Shown one piece after another: positions 17,998 to 27,635 of a stretch of DNA of 64,000 nt (position 1 is its first letter; each line of letters opens with the position of its first letter). A model generated the notes under the pieces. The model saw nothing but the letters and a program-made list of their open reading frames with translations, did not search any database and was not told where the DNA came from. The stretch comes from Candidatus Bathyarchaeota archaeon (GTDB taxonomy: Archaea; Thermoproteota; Bathyarchaeia; Bathyarchaeales; Bathycorpusculaceae): positions 1 to 64,000 of the forward strand of contig CAVYES010000003.1 in the NCBI GenBank assembly GCA_963767735.1, in the 5' to 3' direction. Position numbers and translations under genes: made by a program.

Positions 17998-18093
17998 AAT
18001 TCGGGGAGCTGGGGAAATGTGACCTGGCTGAGAGGACGGCTGTTTGCTGTCGACCCAATGAACCTGAACCAGGTAATACTGGCGGAGGGAAAA
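17998..18093 (+). ncRNA. TPP riboswitch (THI element)
   Basis: P1 TTC/GAA, P2 GGG/CCC, P3 AGCTGGG/CCTGGCT, CTGAGA, P3a GACGGC/GCTGTC, ACCTGAA, P5 CCAG-GTAATA-CTGG, GCGGAGGGA; sits upstream of a thiE-containing operon. Confidence 0.93.
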
Positions 18094-18095
18094 AA

Positions 18096-18638
18096 ATGAA
18101 TGCAAATATAAAAAATACCGTAACTGGAAATATTTCTCAATCGAAAAAAGCGGCGTTAACAGGTGTTATGGCGGCGTTAATAGCTGTTACAACTATTATT
18201 GCTATTCCACTGCCGCCTCCACTTTCAACAATTAATTTAGCGCCTATAGTCATATTTGCGGTCTGTATTCTTCTGGGTCCAACCGTAGGAGTAACTTCAA
18301 CAGCGATCGGATGTGCAATCGGATACCTGGCTGGTACAAGTTTGGGAACAATTCTTGTTCCACCAGGATTTCTATACGTTTACTTGGTGGGTTTGGTGGT
18401 TGCTAGAACTCCAATGGCGTTAGTTGTTAGCTTTTTAAGAAAGAAGAGTGAACTTGCAGGTATGGTTCTTGGTGTCACAATCGAGACTTTGGTCTTCTTC
18501 TCTATTGACTTCGCCCTGTTCGGAATTGCAATTGCAGTCTTCGATTTCGGAACATTCGTTGACCTTGTGTCTATACCTGTAACTTTCGCGGTTCTCATAG
18601 GAGTCAGAAGATTTTTGGGCACCAAATATCTTGCGTAA
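18096..18638 (+). CDS. ECF transporter S component (thiamine or precursor)
   Basis: 180 aa, very hydrophobic; ALTGVMAALIAV N-terminal AxxxA helix; ILLGP; directly under the TPP riboswitch. Confidence 0.8.
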   Translation: MNANIKNTVTGNISQSKKAALTGVMAALIAVTTIIAIPLPPPLSTINLAPIVIFAVCILLGPTVGVTSTAIGCAIGYLAGTSLGTILVPPGFLYVYLVGLVVARTPMALVVSFLRKKSELAGMVLGVTIETLVFFSIDFALFGIAIAVFDFGTFVDLVSIPVTFAVLIGVRRFLGTKYLA

Positions 18639-19317
18639 GATGAGAAGAATGAGCGATGATTCACCGTACCAGCAGGAACAAACAACGAAAGAATATGAAC
18701 GATACTATGAGGCCAAATACAAAAGAGCAGACCTGCTTGAGAAAAGGCTTTTGATAGAACTTCTTGGGCAATTCAAAAATGCAGCAAATCTTTTGGAAGT
18801 AGGATGCGGAACCGGGCACTTCACAAGATGGCTGGACTCCACAGATTTAGAATGCTACGGCGTTGACACATCAATCCCAATGCTAAAGGAAGCAAAAAAA
18901 CTCTGGATTAACGGTCGACTACTGCAATGTGAAGGCAATCAATTGCCATTTAAAGACAAATCCGTGGATATTGTAGCGTATATTACTAGCTTTGAGTTTA
19001 TGCCAGATGCCGCAATCGCGTTTGAGGAGGCAGCTCGGGTAGCTAAAAAAGGAGTGATTATGGGGCTTATGAACAAACATAGCGCAGCTACAATAAGGAA
19101 GAGGGCTCAGTCAATAACTGGTAAGAACACCTTTTACGAAAACGCACATTTTTATTCAATTTTCGATATAAAGAAGCTGTTGGATAAATCCTTCTCGGGA
19201 AAGTACACTGTTACATTTTGGAGCACAACCGTATTCCCTAGAGTCTTCGGCGACTTAGAATCTTCGCTTTTTCCTTTCGGCGCTTTCTTGGGAATGGCAT
19301 TAAAGGTTAAGGGATAA
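18631..19317 (+). CDS. Class I SAM-dependent methyltransferase
   Basis: LLEVGCGTGHF, LPFKDKSVD, ITSFEF. Confidence 0.88.
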   Translation: MRKMRRMSDDSPYQQEQTTKEYERYYEAKYKRADLLEKRLLIELLGQFKNAANLLEVGCGTGHFTRWLDSTDLECYGVDTSIPMLKEAKKLWINGRLLQCEGNQLPFKDKSVDIVAYITSFEFMPDAAIAFEEAARVAKKGVIMGLMNKHSAATIRKRAQSITGKNTFYENAHFYSIFDIKKLLDKSFSGKYTVTFWSTTVFPRVFGDLESSLFPFGAFLGMALKVKG

Positions 19318-19319
19318 TC

Positions 19320-20372
19320 ATGAGTGAAATCGGCAAAATTTCGTTAGATTTAATTGAAAAGATAGTTTACCCAAAACTGGGGGCAAAGAGGGCAGAAGTG
19401 CTTGTTGGTCCAGGTCACGGTCGCGATAACGCCGTAGTTCAGTTAGGCTGTGAGCGGGTTTTAGTGACAACTGCAGATCCTTTGTCGGTGATTCCTGCCC
19501 TGGGGCTGAAGGATTCAGCTTACATTTCTGTGCACTTGCTAGCATCGGATCTAGTCACCTGCGGTTTTCCACCTCAGTTTTTCATGGTGAACCTAAACCT
19601 GCCCCAGCAAATGACCAACGAAGAGTTTGAGGAATACTGGAGTTGTATAAATGCTGAATGCGCAAAACTCGGTGTAGCCATTATCGGGGGGCATACAGGC
19701 AGATACGTTGGGTCAGACTACACAGTTGTTGGCGGAGGAGTTATGATGGCTGTAGCTCCAGAAAAAGAGTACATCGCAAGCAGCATGAGCAAACCAGGCG
19801 ATGTAGTATTGATGACAAAAGGCGTCGGCATCGCTTCGACAGCATTACTTGCAAGGGTCTTTCCAGAAACCATAGAAAAAAACTTCGGATCCTCATTTCT
19901 GAAGAGCGCACAGCAGTACCTTCAACAATTCAGTGTAGTCGATGACGCGTTAACCGCGGCTTCTATTGGCTTAAGAAATAATGGAGTAACAGCTATGCAT
20001 GATGTTACCGAGGGGGGGTTTCTGGGCGCCTTGTATGAGCTCTGTGAGGCATCCAATGTTGGTTTAGAAGTTGACCTCTCAAAAGTAATTTTAACTGAAG
20101 AAGCAAAACAAGTTTGTGAACTATTCAAAATATCGCCTTACTCGACCTTAAGCGAAGGAACCTTAATCTTAACGGTTAAACCCGAAAAATCAACGGCTGT
20201 TCAGCAAGCGTTAGATTTGAAAGGGATAAAAAATGCTGTAATCGGAAAAATTACTGATAAAGGAAAAAGCAGGCGGATTATGAGTGAAGGCAAACAAGAA
20301 CCACTAGAAAAACCTGCATCAGACCCCTATTGGAAAGCATATTGGACAGCTTGCCATGAGGGTTGGAAATGA
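19320..20372 (+). CDS. AIR synthase (PurM/ThiL/HypE fold) family protein
   Basis: GPGHGRDNAV, TADP, IIGGHT, AMHDVTEGG. Confidence 0.88.
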   Translation: MSEIGKISLDLIEKIVYPKLGAKRAEVLVGPGHGRDNAVVQLGCERVLVTTADPLSVIPALGLKDSAYISVHLLASDLVTCGFPPQFFMVNLNLPQQMTNEEFEEYWSCINAECAKLGVAIIGGHTGRYVGSDYTVVGGGVMMAVAPEKEYIASSMSKPGDVVLMTKGVGIASTALLARVFPETIEKNFGSSFLKSAQQYLQQFSVVDDALTAASIGLRNNGVTAMHDVTEGGFLGALYELCEASNVGLEVDLSKVILTEEAKQVCELFKISPYSTLSEGTLILTVKPEKSTAVQQALDLKGIKNAVIGKITDKGKSRRIMSEGKQEPLEKPASDPYWKAYWTACHEGWK

Positions 20373-21004
20373 AACATTTTGAAAAGTTAAGCGGCTTGTA
20401 TCTTGTTGCCTCTCCAATCCTGCCCGTTGAAAAATTGCTTTATGCCACTGCGAAAGCGCTTGACGGAGGAGTTGACATGCTGCAGTTTTCCGCGGGAAAA
20501 GAAATCGATGATATATACGCTGCCTCAAGTGTTTTAGCGGGGTTGGCAAAAAAACACGGTATCCCTTTTCTAATAAATAACAATTTGGAATTGGCTAAAA
20601 AAGTTAAAGCTGATGGAATTCACTTTGATACTTATTTTGTTTCTCCCGTGGAAGCTCGGCAAGTTCTGGGAAGCCAGTGCATAGTTGGTTACACCGTAAA
20701 TGTTGATATGGCAAAAATCAAGTGGGCGGAAGAAGCAGGCGCAGACTACGTTTCGTTCTGCTCAATTTTTCACCAGTGCACAACTGCCCAATGCCCAATC
20801 GTGTCCCTCGAAACAGTAAAAAACGCGAGATCACTTACGAAACTTTCGATGTTTGCGGCTGGCGGAATAAATCTTGACAATGCTCACTTGGTTCTTGAGG
20901 CTGGAGCCGATGGAATCGCGGTAACTTCCGCTCTGTTACGGGCGGAAAATCCAGAGGAGACGGCGAAATTGTTCAAAAAAATTATTGACAAATGCAGAAA
21001 GTAA
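20363..21004 (+). CDS. thiE: Thiamine-phosphate synthase
   Basis: LYLV, GGVDMLQ, IPFLINN, ADGIH, GADYV, AAGGI, GADGIAVTSA. Confidence 0.85.
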   Translation: MEMKHFEKLSGLYLVASPILPVEKLLYATAKALDGGVDMLQFSAGKEIDDIYAASSVLAGLAKKHGIPFLINNNLELAKKVKADGIHFDTYFVSPVEARQVLGSQCIVGYTVNVDMAKIKWAEEAGADYVSFCSIFHQCTTAQCPIVSLETVKNARSLTKLSMFAAGGINLDNAHLVLEAGADGIAVTSALLRAENPEETAKLFKKIIDKCRK

Positions 21005-21028
21005 AGCTGATTGTTTTTGCAGTTCAAA

Positions 21029-21907
21029 TTACTTCTTTAGTTCGGTAAGCACGAACTCCACTATTTCTTGGGCTATGTTAACTTCTGTTACGACCTGCAG
21101 TCCTTTCCATCCTGGTTGGCTATTTACGTCAACGATGCGTGGTCCTTCGGGCCCTTCCAAAATGTCAACTCCCGCAATTTTGCAACCCACAGCTTTGGCT
21201 GATTTTATCGCTATTTCCTCGAATTCTTTGCTGATTTTTGCCGGTGCTGGTTTGGCTCCTTGGCTGTAGTTGGTTTTCCAGCCTTTACCTACACGACGCA
21301 TGGATGCGGCTACTCGGTCGCCGATTACGAATGCACGTATGTCTGAGTATCCGTGAGGTACGAATTCTTGCATGTAGATTACGCCGTGATGGAAGGTTAT
21401 TGCTTTGAAAATTGTGTCAGCGATGTCTACGTCAACCACGCGTGTTGCGCCTTGCCCGCGTGAGCCGAAAATCGGTTTAACAACCACATCTCCGCCAAGC
21501 TCAGAAAACGCTTTTAGGGCTTCGTTTACGCTTTCAGTGGCTAACGTCCGCGGCACCAGAACGCCCACATCCTCAAGGAGCGCTAAAATGTCGTATTTGT
21601 CTACACAGTGCTCGATGGCTGTAGGCGGATTCACCATGTAAAAGCCTTGGCGTTCAAGCTTGTAGAGCATATCCATTCTGAAAACCAATTGCTCAAGTGA
21701 ACCACGTCCGATGGGGCGGATGATGAGTGCGTCTAAATCGTCGAGGATGCTTGTGCCGTTAACTTTAAAATAAGGTTTGTACGCGAGCCTTGCAACAAGT
21801 TTAGGGAAAGTAAAGCACTCGTACGGAATACCCCTTTTAGTTAAGGCTTCCCGAACTTGCGTGCTGCTCCACGCTTCCATGTTCCGCGTCATTATTCCAA
21901 ATTTCAA
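21029..21907 (-). CDS. RimK/MptN-like ATP-grasp alpha-L-glutamate ligase
   Basis: VVVKPIFGSRGQG, QEFV, DIRAFV, WKTN, AGVDI, VNSQPGW. Confidence 0.9.
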   Translation of the reverse strand: MKFGIMTRNMEAWSSTQVREALTKRGIPYECFTFPKLVARLAYKPYFKVNGTSILDDLDALIIRPIGRGSLEQLVFRMDMLYKLERQGFYMVNPPTAIEHCVDKYDILALLEDVGVLVPRTLATESVNEALKAFSELGGDVVVKPIFGSRGQGATRVVDVDIADTIFKAITFHHGVIYMQEFVPHGYSDIRAFVIGDRVAASMRRVGKGWKTNYSQGAKPAPAKISKEFEEIAIKSAKAVGCKIAGVDILEGPEGPRIVDVNSQPGWKGLQVVTEVNIAQEIVEFVLTELKK

Positions 21908-22099
21908 TGCAATCTATCCTTGATTGGTCTTTTAGAAATGCTTAATGACTACGCTCTTAAAGTTTCTGTGACAACACACCGAAAATGGTAAATTACGAGT
22001 TATTCCATCGCTTCTCCAAACCATCAAGAACCAACATTGATTAGCCAGTATCGCTTTTTTGGACGAGAATTTTAACCACAAAAACTTGACGCTACTTAC

Positions 22100-22657
22100 T
22101 CAATTTCTTTTGAAAAAGATCCTTACTTGTTCTCTATTCTCGCTTATCCAGTCACCTATAAATGCTCCAGAGATCAAACAAATCATTAGGGTTGATACTG
22201 CGAAGAAATCACCGCCTAACGCACTTGCTGTTTGCGTGATCAACTTGGCTGCGTTTAGTGAAAGCACCATTGCAGCCCAAATGCTGAAACCGACAAACGA
22301 TGCTCCGACAAAAATGAATATTGCTCTCTTGTTAGCCGTTGTAGGGGAAGGTGTGAATCTTATATAGAATGTGAAGCCTATCAGCAACAGAACAGCAACA
22401 AGCATCATTGCTATATTTGCTAAAGGCATGCTAATGGAGTATCCGAAAACGGATGCAAGAACAATTGTAAATATGGTCAGCGTTATCCAGTAAGATTTTC
22501 GGGTTGTTATGCTTACGGGTTTAGGTTGTGTTTTTGGCTGGTTCTTCTTGCCCTTTGCTTTTTTAGGCGGGGTCTTCGAATAAGTCTGGGAAGTCTTAGG
22601 CATGAAAACAATCTGATGTCTCTGTTCACTTATTAATTTTTCATAATTTGCGAGCAA
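22100..22657 (-). CDS. Hypothetical membrane protein (4 TM)
   Basis: Basic N-terminus followed by four hydrophobic segments; start probably ATG 22603. Confidence 0.65.
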   Translation of the reverse strand: MLANYEKLISEQRHQIVFMPKTSQTYSKTPPKKAKGKKNQPKTQPKPVSITTRKSYWITLTIFTIVLASVFGYSISMPLANIAMMLVAVLLLIGFTFYIRFTPSPTTANKRAIFIFVGASFVGFSIWAAMVLSLNAAKLITQTASALGGDFFAVSTLMICLISGAFIGDWISENREQVRIFFKRN

Positions 22658-22796
22658 AGTCTACAATAAACTCATCAAAGCAAGCGACATTCTAAATCAA
22701 TAATTCAGTCAAAATCAAGCCCTTTCAATGAAAAATATACGTAAAGCGTGAGTTCACCATAACGTCCGTTTGGGGAACTGTTTATGATTCCACGGT

Positions 22797-24761
22797 TTAC
22801 TTTATTTTTTCAAGCCGCAAAGAGTTCAGTAAAAGAAGCATTGTGAGTCCGTCGTCGCCTGCAATTACGGTTGCAAGCAAGCCTGTCACGCCAAGGATTC
22901 CGAGTGCTCCCAAAACTAATTTTATGATTAGTGATGCGGTGATGTTCTGTTTTGCGATAGCCATTGTTTTGTCACTAAGCTTGATAAGGTATGGAATTTG
23001 AGCTAACTCATCTTTTACCAGCACAATATCGGCAGTTTCCAAAGCGACATCAACGCCTGCTGCACCCATAGCAATGCCCACGTCTGAGGCGGCAAGCGCG
23101 GGAGCATCGTTCACGCCGTCGCCAACCATAGCTACAAGCCCATCTTTACCCTTCATTTCTTCAATGCATTTCAGTTTATCCTCGGGAAACAGCTCCGCGT
23201 AAACCTCATCAATCTGCAACGTATCCCCGGTTTCCTTTGCAATCTCTGCTCTGTCGCCGGTTAACATGGCGGTTTTTATGCCATTTTTCTTCAAATCATT
23301 TACTGCTTTTAATGCATCTTGCCTAACTTGGTCCACAACGCAAACTGTACCCAACCCTTCTTTATCCAGGGAAACACAAACTGTGGTATGGGTGTCGTTT
23401 TCAGTGATTTCAAAGGCTTCTTTGCAGTTGCAACCGAAATCTTTCATCAACTCCAAGTTGCCAACCGCAACGAAACTTCCGTCAACGTTGCCCACGATGC
23501 CTTTTCCAGGAACCTCCACCACGTCGGTTACCTTGAACTTGCTTAGGTCAATGCCTTTTTCTGTGGCGCGTCTAACAATGGCTTGGGCGACGGGATGATT
23601 CGAAAATTGGTCAAGTGACGCAGCCAAACCTAATGCGTCGTTTTCAGTTCTTTCAACGAGCCTTACTTCATGTACGGTTGGTCTGCCTAATGTTAAGGTG
23701 CCTGTTTTATCAAAAACTACCCGTTTTACTTTGGCTAGTTTTTCAACGTAGATTCCGCCTTTGATTATGACTCCTCTTTTAGCCGCAACTGTTATCGCTA
23801 CAAGGACTGTTGCAGGAACCGAAATGATGAAGGCGCTTGGACACGAAACCACAAGAAGAATAAGCGAACGGTACAGCCATACGTGAAAAGACATGCCGGC
23901 AATCAAAGTTGGCAAAGCAGCGGTTAAAACGGCTAGAACGATAACTATCGGAACGTAAACTTTTGCGAATCGGTCAACAAGGTTTTCCATGGATGCCTTT
24001 CTTTTGCTCGATTGAGCCACAAGCACCATAATCTTTGAGACAAGTGTTTCACTGGCTTTTTTTGTGACAGTTATTTTTAGAACGCCGCTCATGTTTAATG
24101 TGCCGGCATAAACACAGTCGTTCACCCTTTTGGTGACGGGCATGGATTCGCCGGTAACTATGGCTTGGTCAACATGGGAGAAACCTTCAGCAACATTGCC
24201 GTCTAAAGGGATCCGCTCGCCAGGTCTCACAAGCAAAATCATCTTAGGCTCGACTTCGTTTACATTGACAGTTTTCTCTGTTCCATCCGTTACAATTCTG
24301 GCTTTGTCGGGCATGAATTTTGATAATTTCTCAACTGTTCTGCGTGCTCTATCTTCAATGTAGCCTTCAAAGTATTCAGCGATAGAGTAAAGAAACAGTA
24401 CTGTTGCCGCTTCAAATAGCGCGTTTAGGTACAGGGCGCCTAGTGCTGCGGCAGCCATCAAAAATTCAACAGAAAATCTTTTTTCAACAAATAGTTCTCT
24501 AAAACCCATTATGCCAATGTAGATGGAAGCAAAGAGGACAGTCGCATAATACAAAATTGTGCTCAACGTTGCTCGAACGTTTATAATTGGTATTGTAAAG
24601 TGAAGGGGAAATCCTGCAAAGAAAAAGTCAAGTAAACCACCAATAAGAACAGTTACGCCTAGTAAAACGGCGAAGAAAATCATTACACGTTTATTTTCGT
24701 GTTCCTCTGCTTGCTTCTGTCCTGGCTTCACTTGGCAGGTTTTTTCTTCTTCGTTAGTCAT
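22797..24761 (-). CDS. Heavy-metal P1B-type ATPase
   Basis: TGES, SCPSA, DKTGT, HP, GDGVNDAPAL; no N-terminal HMA domain. Confidence 0.95.
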   Translation of the reverse strand: MTNEEEKTCQVKPGQKQAEEHENKRVMIFFAVLLGVTVLIGGLLDFFFAGFPLHFTIPIINVRATLSTILYYATVLFASIYIGIMGFRELFVEKRFSVEFLMAAAALGALYLNALFEAATVLFLYSIAEYFEGYIEDRARRTVEKLSKFMPDKARIVTDGTEKTVNVNEVEPKMILLVRPGERIPLDGNVAEGFSHVDQAIVTGESMPVTKRVNDCVYAGTLNMSGVLKITVTKKASETLVSKIMVLVAQSSKRKASMENLVDRFAKVYVPIVIVLAVLTAALPTLIAGMSFHVWLYRSLILLVVSCPSAFIISVPATVLVAITVAAKRGVIIKGGIYVEKLAKVKRVVFDKTGTLTLGRPTVHEVRLVERTENDALGLAASLDQFSNHPVAQAIVRRATEKGIDLSKFKVTDVVEVPGKGIVGNVDGSFVAVGNLELMKDFGCNCKEAFEITENDTHTTVCVSLDKEGLGTVCVVDQVRQDALKAVNDLKKNGIKTAMLTGDRAEIAKETGDTLQIDEVYAELFPEDKLKCIEEMKGKDGLVAMVGDGVNDAPALAASDVGIAMGAAGVDVALETADIVLVKDELAQIPYLIKLSDKTMAIAKQNITASLIIKLVLGALGILGVTGLLATVIAGDDGLTMLLLLNSLRLEKIK

Positions 24762-24852
24762 TGTTGTCTTAAAGGAAAATGGCTTAGAAAATATTAAGAT
24801 AGTGCTAAAATCATGGGAAAAATTAATATCAGGATATTAACTATTCTCTTTA

Positions 24853-25275
24853 ATGTTAATAACTGGGGAATCAACCTTGACCGTGATAAGTATAACGTTA
24901 CCGTCGGATCTTCTCAACCAGTTTGATGAATTTATGAAGTCAAGAGGATATTTCAGCAGGTCAGAAGCTTTCCGAGACGCTATAAGAAACCTCATCTCAG
25001 AAGCCGAAATTGCGAAATTTTCTTCTGGAAACGTAGCTGCCACTATTATGACTGCATGTGATTATGCTCGGAAAGATGTTGACTTGAAGATATCAGAGTT
25101 GCGGCATGAATTTGATGATGTAGTCATCGAAAACGTTCACAGACACATAAACGGAAAATTCTGCGTAGAAATATTCGTAACAGAAGGAAACAACGATAGA
25201 ATACTTAACTTAATTAACCGACTAAGGGGCATGCACGGGATCCAACAAGTACGAGCAATGTTCATGGCACTATGA
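24853..25275 (+). CDS. nikR: NikR-family nickel-responsive regulator
   Basis: ISITLP..YFSRSEAFRDAIR RHH domain; H...HxH..C metal ligands (LRHEF, NVHRH, KFCVE). Start probably TTG 24877. Confidence 0.88.
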   Translation: MLITGESTLTVISITLPSDLLNQFDEFMKSRGYFSRSEAFRDAIRNLISEAEIAKFSSGNVAATIMTACDYARKDVDLKISELRHEFDDVVIENVHRHINGKFCVEIFVTEGNNDRILNLINRLRGMHGIQQVRAMFMAL

Positions 25276-25313
25276 CCGCTCTGCTCTACAAAGAAAAGAA
25301 GGAAAATAAAAAA

Positions 25314-26315
25314 CTATGGCAAGAACTGCTGGTAAACCGGGTGACCTTTGAACCGCAATGTAGTTTCAGATTTCTCTGTGGTTCCGCTTGGCAACCGCAT
25401 ACAGATTGAATTTACAACAGCGCCGCCAGGAATTATTCTTACGCCATCTAAGAGCTCGCCTTTAGTGACGCCTGAAGCCGCAAACACAAGTTCTTTGCCT
25501 TTGGCCAGTTCGTCTTGGTTGTAAGTTTTGTCTATGTCAACTCCGGTTTTCTTTAAACGTTTTAAGCGATCTGCGTCATCTTTTTTGTCCCGCCAAACGT
25601 TGACGAGCATTGTTCCGCCGAGAATTTTCATTGCTGTTGCGGCTATGGTGGCTTCAGGTCCGGCGCCAGCACCAATTAGCAAGTCGACTCCGCTGTTCGG
25701 TAGGCAGGTAACTACTGCGGCTGCGATGTCTCCGTCTGGGATGAGTAAAATTCGTACTCCGAGTTTTCTGAGCTGAGCGAGGATTTCGTTATGACGGTCG
25801 CGTTCCAGCATGATGACGGTAAAGTTAGGTAAGAGGAGGTTTTTTTCATGGGCTATTGTGTTCACGATTTCTTTGATGGACATGTCTAAGGATATTTTGC
25901 CTATAGAATGGTAGTCTGTGGCAATTTTGAAGTAGTAGCCGTCATCGGGTAACACTTGGAAGCATCCTGCTGGCGCACATGCCAATGCGGATATGGCATC
26001 TTTTCTGCCTTTGCTAGCGGCTGTGGTTCCATCAACCGGATCAACGATAAACTCGACTTTTGGTCCTCCGCCTGTTCCGACTTTTTCGCGGCGTTCAAAT
26101 GATGGTGCATGGTCTTTTGGTCCTTCACAGCAAATTATTTCGCCTTCGACATCTGTTTGGGCAAGGACTGCTCTTGAATATTCGACGGCTTTTGCATCTA
26201 TTAAGTCACAGTCGCCTTGACCAACATGCAAAGCAGCGCCTACTGCTCCTGCAACTGTTATTCTTGTTAATGATGGGGCTATAGATCTAAGAGAAACCAT
26301 TGTTTTATTCCTCAT
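25314..26315 (-). CDS. glpX: Fructose-1,6-bisphosphatase class II
   Basis: CEGPKDHAP, VDPVDGT, DGDI, GPEA, AASGVTKGELLDGV. Confidence 0.9.
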   Translation of the reverse strand: MRNKTMVSLRSIAPSLTRITVAGAVGAALHVGQGDCDLIDAKAVEYSRAVLAQTDVEGEIICCEGPKDHAPSFERREKVGTGGGPKVEFIVDPVDGTTAASKGRKDAISALACAPAGCFQVLPDDGYYFKIATDYHSIGKISLDMSIKEIVNTIAHEKNLLLPNFTVIMLERDRHNEILAQLRKLGVRILLIPDGDIAAAVVTCLPNSGVDLLIGAGAGPEATIAATAMKILGGTMLVNVWRDKKDDADRLKRLKKTGVDIDKTYNQDELAKGKELVFAASGVTKGELLDGVRIIPGGAVVNSICMRLPSGTTEKSETTLRFKGHPVYQQFLP

Positions 26316-26479
26316 TCAACATAATTAAGAAATATTTCGTTAACTACTAGTTAATATATGTTTTACAATTCTCGGTTTTTGCAGCAAGCTCTGATTTACG
26401 AAAGTTATAGTTTGGTACAAAACGTATTTTTTTATATTTTGAATTAAGCGTTTACTCTGGGTAGCCTTGCAGTACAATG

Positions 26480-27109
26480 TCAATAAAAGCATGGAATAAA
26501 CTCCCTAATTCTGAACGTGACCCCTAACTGATCAGCCATAGCCTGCGCTTTTGAAATATCTACCTCAGGCATTCTCACTACTGTAGCCTCAACTTCCAAT
26601 CTGGACTTAGCTTTTTGAACAAAATCTATCAGTGCGTCGTAGGCACCAGTGAAACTTGGCTTGCATATTTCCATGTAGGTTTCCTCGTCGCCAGCGTTTA
26701 AGCTGACACTTACCTTGTCAACGCCTGCTGCCTTCAGCTCTGCCGCCACATCTCTGCCCGGATTAAGCACGTAACCATGTCCATTCGTGTTAACTCGGAT
26801 TCTCAGCGGCCTACCATAATGCTGCTTTATCCAAAGTGCAACCTCCAACAAAACATCCAACTTCTCCGTTGGCTCGCCAAAACCGCAAAAAACTGCTTCA
26901 TCCCAACTTTTCATGTTCAAAGCCTCGCGAAGCTCATCCATAATTTGTGCAATGCTCGGCTCCTCATTTAGTTTAAGGTTGAAGCCGCCGACTCCGCGCT
27001 TGTAGCGTTTGAGGCAGAAAAAGCAGCTGTTTGAGCACTGATTAGTTATGTTTAGGTATAGCTTGTTATCTAGCCAGTAGACGGTTCTGGGTTTTTCATT
27101 TTTATTCAG
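26480..27109 (-). CDS. TatD-associated radical SAM protein
   Basis: Frame extends upstream of the track ATG through YLNITNQCSNSCFFC (CxxxCxxC), then VFCGFGEP, RVNTNG, VSVSLNA. The only upstream start is CTG 27109, or an out-of-frame ATG if a base is missing. Confidence 0.88.
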   Translation of the reverse strand: MNKNEKPRTVYWLDNKLYLNITNQCSNSCFFCLKRYKRGVGGFNLKLNEEPSIAQIMDELREALNMKSWDEAVFCGFGEPTEKLDVLLEVALWIKQHYGRPLRIRVNTNGHGYVLNPGRDVAAELKAAGVDKVSVSLNAGDEETYMEICKPSFTGAYDALIDFVQKAKSRLEVEATVVRMPEVDISKAQAMADQLGVTFRIREFIPCFY

Positions 27110-27113
27110 TTTT

Positions 27114-27401
27114 TTATCCGCCTGTCATAAGCGACATGATAATTATGTTGTCGCCGTCTTTTAGTGGTGTGTTAATGCCTTGTAATTGGTCCATTAATAC
27201 GCCGTTGACCATTGTCACAAAGGTTGATTTCATTTCTTTACGCTGGGGGTCATAGACTTCTTGAGTGAATGCTTTTCCATATTTTTCAGAAACATCTTGG
27301 AGCACTTCCGATAGCGGAGTCGCTTCTTTTAGGTCAAATTCATCTTGGCTTGTTTTGGTGAAGCTTTTAACCAAACTTAAGTAATGAACTTTTACCCTCA
27401 T
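27114..27401 (-). CDS. MoaD/ThiS (SAMP-like) sulfur carrier
   Basis: MVNG, LKDGD, C-terminal GG; divergent from aor. Confidence 0.9.
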   Translation of the reverse strand: MRVKVHYLSLVKSFTKTSQDEFDLKEATPLSEVLQDVSEKYGKAFTQEVYDPQRKEMKSTFVTMVNGVLMDQLQGINTPLKDGDNIIIMSLMTGG

Positions 27402-27635
27402 TTTTTCAATCCAGATCGACTTGTATGTACAGAGGAATTAGGCGGGAGCATCTGATATCTTTTTTCTCTTTTCAACTGGGATTTTAACCTGAATCCTCGG
27501 GGAAATCCGTTATGACTGTTTGTACATGACGGATGGCGGAAGACTCCATTTAGCCGAGAATTTCCAAATATGCAACCCATTAAGTTAATATACTTTTCAA
27601 CTGACTAATAACTAAAAATAACGGAGGAACAAAGT

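Noticed and set aside
27405-27565. Canonical Moco or fluoride riboswitch
   Set aside because: Only fragments of either consensus are present; kept only as an unclassified structured leader.
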